Source of the DNA: the human T2T-CHM13v2.0 reference genome, Homo sapiens
NCBI RefSeq assembly: GCF_009914755.1
Contig: NC_060929.1
Reading direction: 5' to 3' (one strand)
DNA: 64,000 nucleotides
A program made the position numbers and the translations under genes. Below, one piece after another: positions 26,951-42,489 of this stretch. The notes under the pieces are model-generated. The model worked only from the letters and a program-made list of their open reading frames with translations. It did not search any database and was not told the DNA's origin. Each line of letters starts with the position of its first letter. Positions within the stretch are counted from its first letter, which is position 1.

Positions 26951-28014
26951 ACTTGAAATCTTTTATTAATTTTTTAGCTTGCCCGATGACTTGCTTTTTC
27001 TAAGCAACTATTATTTTAGTGACTTGAGTTTGTTGGTTTGCATATCATTTTCTCATTTACTGTGATAGTTTCGTCTTAAAGCTTTTCTTCAGCATTATGA
27101 TTTTTTCTCTCAAGAGAGAATAGCAGGGTTTTTATGGTTTCCACACAATTCCCAAGGGCTCCCATCAGAAAAGTGACTTATATGGTCATGATTACTCTTC
27201 CTGGGGGAATACTGAGTTTTTCAAATCATACTGCAGTTGGCTTACTCTAGCTTCTTGTTGAGAGGCTCTCTCTGTCTTCTCCTGGCAGTCCAGGCAGCAA
27301 CTAAGCAACCATATTAACTGAAGCCCTCTAAATGCTCAAGCTTATTCTTTAAGTCTTTTCTCATAGGAGTGACAGCTCTGATTCAGTCAAAGGCTTCAAG
27401 CAATGAAAATAGCTCATGTTCAATATCTTCTCTAGGGTATTTACATGTCCTTCATTTTCCAATGATGAATTTACCACCTCTGGCTGTCGCCACCTTTTCT
27501 GAGTTTCTGTCCTGTTGAAATGTCCATCTTTGTTTGGATTTTTTTATTGTACACACTACTATATATATACACACACATACACATGCATATCACTTCTATG
27601 TTTGGAAAGGTGTGTGTATATTTACTTTCAGAGTAAACTCATTGTATTATCTCAAATGATAATTTTCACCCAAGGAATTTGAATCAAAAATTTTATACTT
27701 TAAGAGATAAGTTATTAGCCAAGTTTAATAAAAATATAAAGGCCTGTTTGAGCAGGTAAGAACTCAGGAAAATGATCTCCAGGTATATTTTGAAGAAAGG
27801 AAACACCAAGACACACAAAAAGTAATCTAGGAGAGGAAAGCATTAAAGAACAGCAATGGGAATGCAAAGAAAAGTAATCCCAGTATGAAATAATGGTGCT
27901 GTGAAACAACCTTTGAAAGCTAAATCAGAGGACTCTATGTAGAACTTATTCAAGAAGAAATGAAATCCATTAATAAATGGAATAATTATGAATCCAGAGC
28001 ACTTAAAAATATAA

Positions 28015-31000
28015 TAAGTACTTCCAAAATGGTGAAGTAAGGACCTCAGAAATCCCACTCCAATGAGAGCAATGAAAACTTGTAACAATCTTAGGAGTAT
28101 TTTTCAGGAAAAACAACTGCATTTCAGTATAAACTACAAGTTTGCGGCATTTTAACTTTCTGCATTACCATTTTCTACTCACCAGCTCCATAGTAGCCTT
28201 GAAAACGAGCCATCTAGCGGCCACTGCAGAGGACAGAATGAATTTAGAGGTCCCCTAGAAACCCCATCCCCAGAAAATTGTACTTATTTGACCTGTCTGG
28301 TAGCCACTTGGAAAGTCCCATTTTCTTGAAATGTTTTTATTTTCCCTGACTCAGAGTGCATTTAATAAAAAAGCTTATGGCAAGGGAATTTGGTCAAAAT
28401 GATCAGTGGCAATTGTTTAATATCTCTTCTGCCTAGGGCAGTAATACCAGTTAAGGCAAACAGCAGACTGGCCAAAAACCTTAAAAAGACAATCTGGAGA
28501 ATAAGAAGCCCATAGGGAGTTTTGATAAGCTCTAACAAATTCCTGAGGACCTGGAAGGCCATGCTTATGTGCAGGGCTGCTCAAGAAAAACCGGATCAAG
28601 CCCTAATCTCTTACCTCTGGTGATTGTAAGTATTTGTTCAAGCAAAAAGTGAAAGCTAAAGCAGAGGATGTTAATATAGAGGCAAATAAGATTTGTTTCT
28701 TAAATAGGAATCCTGGATTTGAAAGAAAATGAAGAATTCACTAAAGGTTCCCATTTGTAGATTTGAGATGGCAGAAGAAAATAAAAATCACCAAACTTGA
28801 AGGTGAGTGAAATGATATTGCCAAGTCTGAAAAACAGGGGGAAAAAATAGAAAATAAGGCCTGTGGGACAAAATTAAGCATACCAGTATAGACATAAAAA
28901 GAGTTCCAAAAGAAAAGAGAGGAAAAAAAGGATATATATATATATACACACACACATATATATATATACACACACATATATATATACATATATATATATA
29001 CACACACACATATATAATATATATAATATGTGTGACCCAACTATATGCCACAAAAAAAACCCTCCTTTTAAATTTAAAAACACAAATAGTATGAACATAA
29101 AAAGTGGAAAGAGATTCACTATAAAATGCCAAGAGAGCCAGAATGGCTCTAAAAATATCATACAAAATATACTTAGCCAAAAAAAAATATGACTAAAGCC
29201 AAAGATTGATGCATTATGGTGATAAGAGGGTCAATATTTCAGGAAAACACAATAAGTATAAACGTGTATGTATGCTTAACAAATAGCCCCAAAATACAAA
29301 AAGCAAATAATAACATAATTGAAGGGAGACATATAAAATTCAATGATAGGAAGATTTTCATACCCTGCTTTCTATAATATATAGAATCACTAGGCAGAAG
29401 ATTACAAAGAAATAGAAGAGTTGAAGAAAAATATAAACTATCTAGTATATAATATAATATATATTATATAATATATGACTAGAAAAACAGTAAAGAAAGT
29501 AATGAAATAGAGACTAGAAACACAGTAAAGAAAATCAATGAAACCAAAGATTAGCCTTTAAAAAGAGCAATTATATTATATAATATTATATATGAATGAA
29601 ATTATATTATGTATATATTATATATAACATATACATATACTATATATATTATATACATAATATAATATATAATATATGTATATTATATAATATATAACAT
29701 ATATATGTTAATTGTAATAATCATAAAAATGTATATAATATATTATACATAATATATTATATATTAGCTTAAAATATCCTTTTAAAACTTTTAATATATG
29801 ATGAAAACCATTAATAAACACAACAGAGAAGCTCACTCAACAAACTTCAACTTGAATAAACTAAAAAAGACTATGTCAAAATGCACCATAGTCAAACTGT
29901 TGAAAGTCAGAGACAAAGAATCTTGAAATCAGCAAAAGATCAGCAACTCATCACATGCAAATGATCCTCAATAAGATTAACAGCTGACTTATCAGGGACC
30001 ATGGAGGCCAGAAAGCAATGGGGCATATTCAAAATGCTGAAAGAAAAACAATATCACCCAAGAATTAAATATCCAGAAAACTATTCTTTAAAAATAAAGG
30101 ATAAATTAAAACATCCCCAGATTAAAAATAATGATAATAATAAAAAGAAAGGAATTATTTGCTAATAGACTTGCCCTAATATAAAAAGCATTGTAAGCTA
30201 TCCTTTAGGCTGACATGAAAGGTCAATAGGTAGAACTCATATTTACATGAAGAAATGAAGAGCAGCAGTAAAGCAACTATGTAAGTAAACACAAGACACA
30301 TAAATGTATTTTTGTTTGTAACTCTTTTCTTCTCCCGTTTGATTAAAAATAAGCTATATAAATAAATAATTATAAAATGATATTTTATACTTATATAAAA
30401 ATATAATTTATATAGCAAAAGCAGAAAGAAAAAGGAGAAAAACAAAGCTATATTGGAGCAAGTTTTTGCTATAATATTGGCATTAATGTTCTATTAAAAC
30501 AAAATAACTTGTTTTAAATCAATATGTTAATTGTAATCTTCAAGGCAACCACCGAGAAAATATCTCAAAATGTGGTAAAAAATAAGGGAACTAAAATGAT
30601 ACAATGGAAAATGCTTCTTTAATAAAAAAGAAATGTAAATCTGACTTTATCAGTAATTAGATTAAATGTAAATAGATTATGCACTCAAATAAAAAGGCAG
30701 ATTGGCAAAATGGATTTTAAAAGGTGACCCAACTATATGCCACAAAAAAACCCTCCTTTTAAATTTAAAAACACAAATAGTATGAACATAAAAAGTGGAA
30801 AGAGATTCACTATAAAATGCCAAGAGAGCCAGAATGGCTCTAAAAATATCATACAAAATATACTTAGCCAAAAAAAAATATGACTAAAGCCAAAGATTGA
30901 TGCATTATGGTGATAAGAGGGTCAATATTTCAGGAAAGCACAATAATTATAAACTTGTATGCATGTTTAACAAATAGCCCCAAAATACAAAAAGCAAATA

Positions 31001-32890
31001 ATAACATAATTGAAGGGAGACATATACAATTCAATGATAGGAAGATTTTCATACCCTGCTTTCTATAATATATAGAATCACTAGGCAGAAGATTACAAAG
31101 AAATAGAAGAGTTGAAGAAAAACATAAACTAACTAGTAACAGATACTGATAGAAAAACTTCACCTGAAAAAAGCAGAAGGCACATTCTCAAATACACATG
31201 AAACATTCTCCAGGATAGTTTGTTTGCTAGGCCATAAGACAAGTTTCAGTGCATTTTAAAGAACTGAAATTATACAAAGTATCTTCTTCAACCACCATGA
31301 ATGAAATTAAAAATTAACAATAGCAGAAAAGTGGAGAAATTCACAAATAATGTGAAAATTTTAAAACACACTTCTAAGTAACTAATGGGTCAAAGAATAA
31401 ATCACAGAAGTAAAATAATTTGAGATAAATGAAAATATAAACACAACACATCAAAACTATTGGGTTGCAGCTAAATCAGTGGGTAGAGAGGTCTTGTGGT
31501 TGTAAACACCTAGATCACAAAACAAGAAAAATCTCAAATTAATAGATATAAAACCTAAACTTTCAACTTAAGAAACTAGAAAAAGAAGAATAAATTAAAA
31601 ACAAAGTAGATATAAGAAAATAATAAAAGTCGGAATGAAAGTAATGAAATAGAAACTAGAAAAACAGTGAAGAAAATCAATGAAACCAAAGATGAGCCTT
31701 TAAAAAGACCAATAAATTTGACAGGCCTTTAGTCACACTAATCAAGAAAAAAATGGGAAAATACTCACATTGATAAAATTAGGAAATAAATAATGGACAT
31801 CATTACTGATCTTATAGAAATAAAAAGGATTATAAGGGAATGCTATGAACAACTGCATGGCAACAAATTAGATAACCTAGATAAAATAGACAAATTCCTA
31901 GAAAGATACGTAGTACCTAAACTCACTCAAGAAAAAAACAGAAAATAAGAATAGACCTATTACAAGTAAAGAGATTGATTAGTAATGAAAAAACTTCCCA
32001 TAAAGAAAAGAGTATGGCTTAACTGGTGAATTCCATCAAATATTTAAAGAAGGAATAGCATCAGTTTGTCACAAACTCTTCCAAAAAACATAGGAAAAAA
32101 AAAAAAGGAATGCTTTCCAACTCATCCTGTAAGACCAGTATTACCCTGACCTCAAAGCAGAGATATTAAACCAGGCAATACATAAGAACAAAAAAATACT
32201 ACAGACTAAAAAATTTTATAAATATAGATGTAAACATATTTAACATAAATTAGCAAAATGAATTCAGCAGCAAACAAAGTATCAGATAATATGACCAAGT
32301 GAGGTTTATCCCAAAATTGTAAAGCTGATTTAACATCTGAACATCAATGAATATAATACACCATATTAATAGAATTAAGGACAAAAAACATACAGCGAAG
32401 TAAATAGATACAGAAAAAGTGTTTGACAAATTCAACACTTCTTCATTATAAAAGTCTTTGACAAACAAGTAAAAGAAAGAAAATCCCTGAAACTGAAAAA
32501 CTGACATTTAGAAAAAACCTATAGCTACTATCCTATTTAATGGTGAAAGACAATGTCTTTTCCCTGAGTTCAGGAATAAGACAAGAATGTCTGCTCTCAA
32601 CCACTTCTCCAGTATTGTACTGGAGATTCTAAACTACTAAAGTAATGGGGTGAGAAGATAAAATAAAAAACATCCGGATTAGAAAATAAAAAGTAAAGCT
32701 ATCTGTATTTACAGATGACATGATCTTATGTATAGAAAAATTCTAAGGAATCTACACAAACCTATGAGAACTAACAAATAAATTCAACAAGTTTTCAAGA
32801 TACAGGATTCATATACAAAAATGAGTTGTAAATCTATGTGCTAGCAATGAACAATCTGAAAAATTAGATTATGAAAGTAATTTTATTGCT
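28015..32890 (+). mobile_element. Old L1M: 5'UTR, ORF1 and 5' two-thirds of ORF2, decayed
   Basis: acttccaaaatggtgaagtaaggacc 5' start; ORF1 motifs (caataagattaacagctgactt, atggaggccagaaagcaatgg); ORF2 motifs (tatttacagatgacatgatc, equivalent to LFADDM). Confidence 0.88.
28932..29769 (+). repeat. (TA)n/(CA)n low-complexity tract with embedded templated copies of downstream L1 sequence
   Basis: TA/CA runs at 28932-29031, 29447-29476 and 29572-29765; 29032-29447 matches 30724-31138 and 29495-29571 matches 31637-31713. Confidence 0.95.
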
Positions 32891-32932
32891 GGACTGAATT
32901 GACTATAAAATCCAATTCAGTTTTCCACCTAT

Positions 32933-33690
32933 CTTTTATTAAGTTAAAATACACATGACATAAAATTTATTATTTTAACTATTTTAAGTGTACAGTCCAG
33001 TGGCATTAAATACATTCATAATGTTGCACAATCATCAATATCATCCATCTCCATAACTCTTCCATCTTGTAATACTGAAACTCTACACCATTAAACAATA
33101 ACTTTCCAGTTCCCCCTCACTTCAGCCCCTGCAACAACCATTCTACTGTCTTTCTCTATGATTTTGACTACCCTAAGTACCTCATATAAATAGAATTATA
33201 CAATATGTGTCTTTTTGTGACTGTCTCATTTAACATAATGTCCTCAAGGTTGATCTATGTTATAGCATATGTTAGAATTTTCTTCCTTTTTAAGACTGAA
33301 TAATATTCCATTGCATGTATATACTTTATTTTGCTTACCCATTCACGTATCTGTGGACACTTGAGTGGCTTCCACTTTTTAGCAAATATGAATAATGGCA
33401 TGCATATAGGTATGTACATATCTCTTCAAGGCCCTATTTTCAATTATTTTAGCTATATGCTCAAGAGTGGAACTGATTAATAATATGATAATTTTGTTTA
33501 ATTTTTGAGAAATCATCCTGTTTCCTACAGCAGCTATACTATTTTACATTCTCACCAAGAGTGCGCAAGTGTTCCAACTTATTCACATCCTTGCTAATGC
33601 TTGTTATTTCTTCTTTTTTTTAGTATTAAATGACAGCCATCCTAATGGATATAAGTTGGTATCACATTGTAGTTTTGAAATGCACTTCCA
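32933..33690 (-). mobile_element. L1MB (L1MB3-like) 3' end
   Basis: aaaatacacatgacataaaattta...aagtgtacagtccagtggcattaaatacattcataatgttg...catccatctcca. Confidence 0.88.
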
Positions 33691-33719
33691 ATAAAATTCA
33701 ATACAATTTTAAATATATA

Positions 33720-34170
33720 TTGTGATGGTGGACGTCTTTGTTATCTTCCCAGTTTTACCATTAAATATGATATTTGCTGCCTTTCAGCAGGTTTAGGAAG
33801 CTCCCATAAGAAACTAGTGTGAGACAATTTTCATTAACGGGTTTTGGAGTTTGTTGGATGTGGAATTTTCCTGCAGTTATTGAGATAATCACATAGGTTT
33901 TGTTCTATATTCTATTAATACAATGCATTATAGAAATTGATTTTTGGATTTTAAATCAACTTTGAATTCCTGGGATAAATCCTTCTTGACCATAGTGTAC
34001 AATTTTTTGTTATGATGCTGGTTTCAGTTTTTTTTCTATCATTTACCTACCATCTATTTTACTGATTTTCACTCTGAACTTTTATATTTCCTTCTTTCTT
34101 CCTTTGCTGAGTTTAATTTGCTCTTCTTTGCCTATTTTCTCAAGAAGGAAGTTCAGATTACTTACTATGT
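33720..34170 (-). mobile_element. Old L1M ORF2 fragment
   Basis: ttttcctgcagttattgagataatcacataggttt, gaattcctgggataaatccttcttgaccatagtg. Confidence 0.65.
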
Positions 34171-35103
34171 ATCAAAACATATCATACCCTATGATGCATA
34201 TAATTTTTTATTGCACAAGTATTTGACAGACACTTTAGTTTGAAATTATTTGGCTTAAATAGCTCATTTAACTTACTTTTGACTATAATTTTTAGCCATT
34301 GTCCTACAGAGTAAGAAATTCTTACAAAAATAAAATTTTAAATCCAAGCTATAAAATTTCCAAGGTTAATGAAGTGTCTTTGAATACTAAAGTTAGGTCA
34401 TTTTCCATAGTGTTCATAGGCATGTTATTAAACGTTTATTTATTTACATTGTGATTTGACTTTTTACCTTTTACAGATAATAGTTTATTACAGGTTTCAA
34501 AACTTTGTGTAGGTCCCCAGGAAGTTTATATACCAAGGCACCTTGTAGACTTACAGCTAAATCCACAAAAGTTAGGTATGACATTTTTTCTCTCATGTCA
34601 ATATTAACACAATATTTCATTATAAAATTTTCTGTTTGTAGACATGACCTATTTGTGGACATGACCTATTTATCTGAATAACATTATTATCTTGCCCAAA
34701 TATCATTAAAATTAAAAGGAGCAGAGAAGCAATAGATTAGAAAAAAGTGATAATTTCACATAAAATAGAAACTTCTCTCTAGGGTATATATAAATTTAGA
34801 AGAGACAGCAACAGGTAAATTTAAAAAAAAAAATCAAAATGCCAAGCTGTCATAAACCAAGTATGTTTTCTAGACAATGAAGAACTGACATTTTATGGGA
34901 GACGAAATCCAGATCCTGTTTTTTAACCTTTATGTTGCTACTCAGAAAATAATGCATATAGGCAAATACTAAACTTTTAAATATATTTTCCTGATATTTG
35001 TTAGATTATTCAACTTTTCCTGGTCAAATCAGTATGCTCACAAAATGCTCTGTTATAAAATTGATTTCGAAAGTAATTTTAGAAAATTAGATGACTCTCA
35101 TGA

Positions 35104-35416
<313 letters not shown>

Positions 35417-35454
35417 AGAGTCCTACTATTTTTAACAAGCAAATCACAAGGTAA

Positions 35455-35692
35455 CTATGAGTAAGTTCTAGTATTTGATAGTACAGTAGGGAAATTATAA
35501 CTAACAATAATTTATGGTATATTTCAAAATAGCTAGAAGATGGCAATGTTCTCAACACAAAGAATAGGTAAATGTCTGAGTTGATGGATGTCCCAATTAC
35601 CCTGACTTGATCATTACATACTGTATACATGTATCAAAGTATCCCATGCATTTTCACAATATACAAGTAAGAATACAAAAAAATTAAAAAAG
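35455..35692 (+). mobile_element. L1MA 3' end
   Basis: taagttctagtatttgatagtacagtaggg...tatatttcaaaatagctagaaga...ttaccctgacttgatcattacatactgtatacatgtatcaaa. Confidence 0.85.
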
Positions 35693-36099
35693 TAATACGT
35701 CATTGATTCTTTTTTTAAGCATCACTTCTCATCCTTTCAGTCCAGAGGAACTCAGACAGTTGAGACACACTGAGAATGAACCACTGGTGTCCGATTTCCT
35801 TAAGAAGCACACTCTGTAGTGGAGATAAACATGCTGGTGGTTTATTTGCAGTGTGCTCTTGGGATCGACACTTTTGAACACAACTATAGCCACTAGCCCT
35901 ACAACTTGAAATAAATGACCCCACTGTGGTAATTTACGGTTAATAACACTTTCTTCTCAAAAATAGTATTTCCACCAAAAGATAAATGATTTTAAATAAT
36001 CATCTCATCTTTCATTCCAGCACAGAGTTTGATCCAGCTCTCTCCAATGGCTAAAGAAAGACTAGGATTTAAACTTGTGGTAATAAATATTACATGTTT

Positions 36100-36445
36100 T
36101 CATCAAAACACAGTTCTCCTCCCTTTGCAGGCAATTTTCAACCACTTGCAGTTAAACAAAGTCACAAGACTAGGTCTTGGCAACGGGATATGTGAGGAAG
36201 TGATGTGAATTCCTGGCCAAAGCATAGAAGTGCAGAGGCAAGACCATCCAGGTGACTCTTGCGAAGCATCAGCTATGGAGGCAATGTGGTCCACGACACT
36301 TGTGACAGGTTAGCGGCTTGGGCAGAGAGTGGGAGGAATATTAAGCATGGGTACATAATTGCTCTGAAAAGTCGTGGACTGGTACCAGACTTCGTACGAA
36401 TAAGAAATAAATATGTTAAGCAATTTCGATTTGGGGGCTTGCACC
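36100..36445 (+). mobile_element. MLT1I/J-like LTR
   Basis: accacttgcagttaaacaaagtcacaagactaggtcttggcaacgggatatgtgaggaagtgatgtg...aagaaataaatatgttaagc. Confidence 0.6.
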
Positions 36446-38594
36446 ACTTTTGTCTCTTCTGATACAACAATCGATTGTGCAAAACAGTCTACAAATCAGA
36501 CTTTTAAATAAATACTTTCCACTCAGGAATGGGTGAAGTTTATCAAGGTCATTTCCAGGTGTCTGGGAAATTTATTTGACCGGGTTACACCAATATTAAA
36601 ATATGAATCCATTGAATCTATATAAATTGTAAAACATAACTTTAATTCAAAAACAAGCTTTTAGAAAGTTTCAAAGATACCTGTTTATTCTCTGCAGTGT
36701 GTCAATCAAATCACTTAATGCATTTTATACCAAAATTTAATAGTCAAGCAAATGATCAGGATAGTAAATTTTCTAACACATTTTTTATAAGAGAGAGAAA
36801 GCCTTTCCGTTTTGAAAAAGAGAATGCAGAATGGAGAGTGATATTTGTCATACTGAATAGCATTATGGGTCCCTTATTCGGGCAAGTTCCAAGTTTGGAT
36901 GAGGAGCTTGTCTTTTTGTGGTCAATGGCAGGGTGAAAGCAGAACACAAGCCTATCACTTTCTGCACAGGGTTTCCAAATGCCTGCCGCTTCATCCCAGA
37001 CTGTGTGGAATATGCTCTACCTCTTTCTGACAGTGCTCCAAGGGTTAGCCTAATAGGAAGGTGAAAGGCAGAGGCCAAGGGTGTGGGAAGTGATTTCTGG
37101 CCATTAGCTATTTTACTATCAATTCTGATTTCCTTAAGGGGCTTAAAACTGTCACTATGTTCAAAGGTTTACACACTTACAACAGCCTCAGACAGCAAAA
37201 AAGATAGTCAATTTTCCACTATAATATTATAATAGCACTCGTGCTATTTAGTGCTCTCTACTCTGATGAATTTCTGGGACTTGTGGGGTATGATTCCCAG
37301 TGTGGCAACTTGACTTTAGCTGTTCCCACACTTACCAGCATTGACATTTGATTTTCAATGTTTATAAATGGTCTTTTCCTCACCCCTTCACAGTGATAGG
37401 CTTACTTTGTTTGTTTCTTTGTGTTTTAAATAAAAGCAAATTGAATATAGTTGCATTTCTGAAGTGTCTTAACACTGCTTTAAAAAATTGGTGAATGATG
37501 AAAGTCTGAATATGAAAATAACAAACCAATAAATATTGTGAAATCTTATATACGCTATAATTTTTTTAATTCTGAGTTATCCATTTTGAATTTTCATTAA
37601 AATATTTAATATAAGAATGGCTTTATGAATTCACTGAGTAAAATATTTGCATTTGCTTTAACAGAATTTTATCACTTCAAGTACAAGTTACTCTATATTT
37701 AGAGATGAATGGCTGCTTTTACTTAAAAACCTACTTATACTAAATGTTAGTATTTCATTTAGGTAACACATTGCCAATTCTATGGAATAGGAAGCTGGTT
37801 TAGAGTTTCAAAGTTTTTATTTCATAAACTTTTCTAAGGCTCCAATCTATTTAAACCAGGCTACCTGAGAGGGCTGTCTCCCTGCAGGTTTCATAAGGGT
37901 ATTTGCCAAAAGTAAACATATTTGAGTAAATTCATAACAAGATTATGCTTATTAAATCAGAAAACTCAAAAGCAGAACATAAAGGAAGCAAGACGTGGCT
38001 GATAAAAAGTGCAGAAATTATTACGGCTACTTTTTTGAACACTCAACTGGCTCCCAGACACTAGAAAAAGCCCTTTACATAAATCTTTTGTTTAATCCTT
38101 ATCCTGAGAATAAAGTACAGTTAATCAAATTTTACAGCTGATATTTATAAAACATAATATATTTAATAACAACTGCTACTTATTCCTCATAATCATACTA
38201 TGGAATAAGTTACTATCACTTCAAAAGGAGTCTGAGACACTGAGACAAGTCCAATGCCCTGCAATTATTGCTCTCCAAAAGAAAGACTTTGAGACAACCT
38301 TTTACAAGATTTTTAACATTTTCATAATTTCTGTGAAACTGAAAATGATCACAAAGCTTAAATCCTGGTGATCATATAGATCCCTGTAATTGCTCTTCTT
38401 ATTGAATTTAGTGGTAACAATTTCTGGTCCTCATTCTCAAAAGACTTAAACTGTGCTTTTTTCCTGGAGTCTGATGAGTGTATGACACTATCTAAAAATT
38501 AGTAAATTAGCAAGAAAGTACATATTTGCACGCTTCAATTCTAGTGATTCCCATGGAAATACACTAATTAGGGGCAGAGTCATATTCAGATCTA

Positions 38595-38800
38595 TGGCCT
38601 GAGCTCCAGGGTCACACCACCTGATGCTGAATCCTAGTCTTGCTACCTCTTCTATGTGACCTTGGAAGTAACTTAATTTGCTGAACTCCAGTCTTAATAG
38701 TACCTACATTATAGAGTTCTTGTAGGGATTAAAAGGGTTAATCTATTCAAAGAATTTAGAATGGTGCTTAGCCCAAGCAGCTTCTCAATAATTCTTAATG
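38595..38800 (+). mobile_element. MIR
   Basis: tgaatcctagtcttgctacctcttctatgtgaccttggaagtaacttaa...taatagtacctacattatagagttcttgtagggattaaa. Confidence 0.75.
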
Positions 38801-38919
38801 AGCACTGTGTGAATAGTCTAGCATATCAATAAATGTACACAGCCTCTGCCCTCAAAGATATTAGTAAAGATTGACTTACAAAACAATGTTGTAAAGCAAT
38901 GTGATTAAAATTTTAGTGT

Positions 38920-39865
38920 TTCAACAGACACCATAATCCACACACTGGGAGAAATATTTTATATCAAATATCTGATAAATACCTTATATTCAGAATATGT
39001 AAAGAACGCTTGCAGTCCAATAAGAAGAAGGAAAAAAAAAAGCTCATTTAAAAATTGGCAAAAGATATAGACAGACATTTCCCTGAAAAATGCCTAATAC
39101 AAATGCAAAAATAACGCTCAACATTAGTCATTAGGGAAATGCATATTTAAACCACAATGAGATACCTCTTCATATCCACTAGGATAGTTATAATAAAAAG
39201 ACAGACAATAACAAATGTTGTCAAAGATGCAAAGAAACTAGAACCTTCATGCATTGCTAGTGAGAACGTAAAATGTTACTGCCTCTTCACAAAAGCGTTT
39301 TTCAAAAAGTTAGACACAAACTTACCATACAACCTGGAAATTCCACTCTGAGATAGCCACCCAAGAGAAATAAAAGCATACATTCTCCCAAAGATTAGAT
39401 GTGAATGTTCACAATAGCATTATTCTTAATAGCCCCAAAGTGGACATAGATGTTCATCAATTTGTGAAGAGATCAACAAAATGTGGTAGATTCCTACAAG
39501 GGGATACTATATAGCAACAAAAGGAACAAACTATTGATACATGCTACAATATAAATAAACATCAAAAAATGCTAAGTGAAAGAAGACAGACAGAAAGACT
39601 TCATATTGTATGATTCCTCATACATGAAATACAGCAAGGAGTTAAATCTATAGAGCCAGAAACAGATCATTCTGGGGCTAGAAATGGGATCAAAAATTGA
39701 TAGAAAATGGGGCAAAGGAACTTTTCGGAGTGATGGAAGTGTTCTAAACTGGATTCTGGTGGTATTTGTACAACTCTGCAATTTACTAAAAAATCACTGA
39801 ATTGTACATTGACAATGAGTGAATTTCACAGAATGTAAATTATGCCATAAAAAAGCTGTAAAAAT
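38920..39865 (+). mobile_element. Old L1M (L1MB7-L1ME1-like) 3' fragment inserted into an L2
   Basis: ORF 39157-39351 (MRYLFISTRIVIIKRQTITNV) is a decayed ORF2 C-terminus; 3'UTR ggagtgatggaagtgttctaaactggatt...tttactaaaaaatcactgaattgtaca. Confidence 0.85.
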
Positions 39866-39974
39866 GTAATAAACACAAAGTCATACACAGTATATTATGA
39901 AAGCATTGAGACATATCATCTAACATTGTCAGGATTTCTGCACAAGATGGTGCCTGATGGGAATCTTTACAAAG

Positions 39975-40747
<773 letters not shown>

Positions 40748-41072
40748 TCAATCCCCCAGAGACCTCTGAGGACATGTGGAATGCAGCTCAGGGTGGAAGG
40801 CTGTTTCTGGTACTAAGACGACACTTGCAGCTTGCTCTGCTTGCAGGCCTAATATGTCCTGATGCTCCAGACAGAGTCCAATGTGTGCAATAAGAAGGTG
40901 AGAGTGTGCACATAAAGGTGAGTGCCACGGGAAGTGGGCGAGACTGACAAATGTCTGATACACGTATTGGCCCCATGTAGGGTTTTCACAAGCAGTTTTA
41001 GGGAAGGTATACTATTGTCACTCCTTGGCCCAGCCTTCTCTGCCAAACATATTAGTGACTGCAAACATGTAT

Positions 41073-41497
41073 TGATATAGTTTATATATTTATCCCTACC
41101 CAAATCTCAGGATGAATTGTAATCCCCAATGTAGGAGGTGGGGCCTGGTGGGAGGTGTTTGGATCATGAGGGCAGGTCCTTCATGAATGGCTTGGGCCAT
41201 CCCCTTGGTGATAAGTGAGCTCTCACTCTGAGTTCACATGAGATCTGGTGGTTTAGAAGTGTGTGGCACCTTCTCCACCACTCTCCCTCTCTTCTGCTTT
41301 CACCATGTGATGGGCCTGCTCCCCCTTCACCGTCTGCTATGATTGTAAGTGTCCTGAGGCCTCCCTAGAAGCTGAGCAGATGCCGGCACTATGCTTCCTC
41401 TGTAGCCTGAAGAATCATAAACTAAATAAGCCTCTTTTCTTTATAAATTACCCTGTATCAAGTGTTTTTCATAGCAATGCAAGAACAGCCTGATACG
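41073..41497 (+). mobile_element. MSTB-like solo LTR
   Basis: tgatatagttt...cccaaatctca...tcatgaatggcttgggccatccccttggtgataagtgag...cctcttttctttataaattaccc...atagcaatgcaagaacagcctgatac. Confidence 0.9.
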
Positions 41498-42185
41498 TGT
41501 GTGTTCTGCTTTTATTTCCCACACCCAGTGACTTAATTACTCAAAGCTCAACTCAAACAGCACATATCCCTAGGTGCCTTCATTGATCCACTCTAAGCAA
41601 AAGTCATCCCTCCTGTACGGGTACATTCCATGACAGTTTAAGATCTGGATCTATAGCACTGAATGTCTTATAATATTTTGGTAGAGTTTAGTGTGAGTCT
41701 TTTAATCTCCTGACCTCTTCCACTCCATTCGAACTCCAGGAGTGAAATGGACTGATTGATCAAGTCTTGTAGATCTTTCTTATTTGCCATACTGGCACCT
41801 AATCCACTGCTTGATAGGTGACACACAGATGATGCTGAAGGCTTGTTTGTTGTATTATAATGGATTGAAATAAATGTTTCAGTTACCATATGCCTTTTCA
41901 AAAGGGCTTAGATCTTATTAAAAATAAGGCAGTAAATTTTCTACATAATCTAACTTAAACATGTTTCCAATAAAAATCCACTGCATTGAGAGGGCTATAT
42001 TTATTTGACAGATATATTCTAATGAACTAGATGCACAGTTAACAACAATAAAAACAAATATTCTCTAAGCTTCTTGGTGTACTGCCATCTCTAATAAGGT
42101 CTTCAGTAAAATAATAATGACTCAAACATTGACGGGCAGCTTAGGGCCAGGAAAATGTGCTCAAGGTCTCTGCTTGGGGTGTTAC

Positions 42186-42489
<304 letters not shown>

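Noticed and set aside
28741-29180. Cys/Val/Tyr/Ile-repeat ORFs and the duplicated ORF start MAKYILYDIF (also 30677-30871)
   Set aside because: Produced by the TA/CA microsatellite and the local 416-bp duplication, antisense to L1.
34641-34671. Micro tandem duplications (gacatgacctattt x2; aagagaatgagca x2 at ~47836; ataattaaaat x2-3 at ~50714)
   Set aside because: Ordinary slippage duplications.
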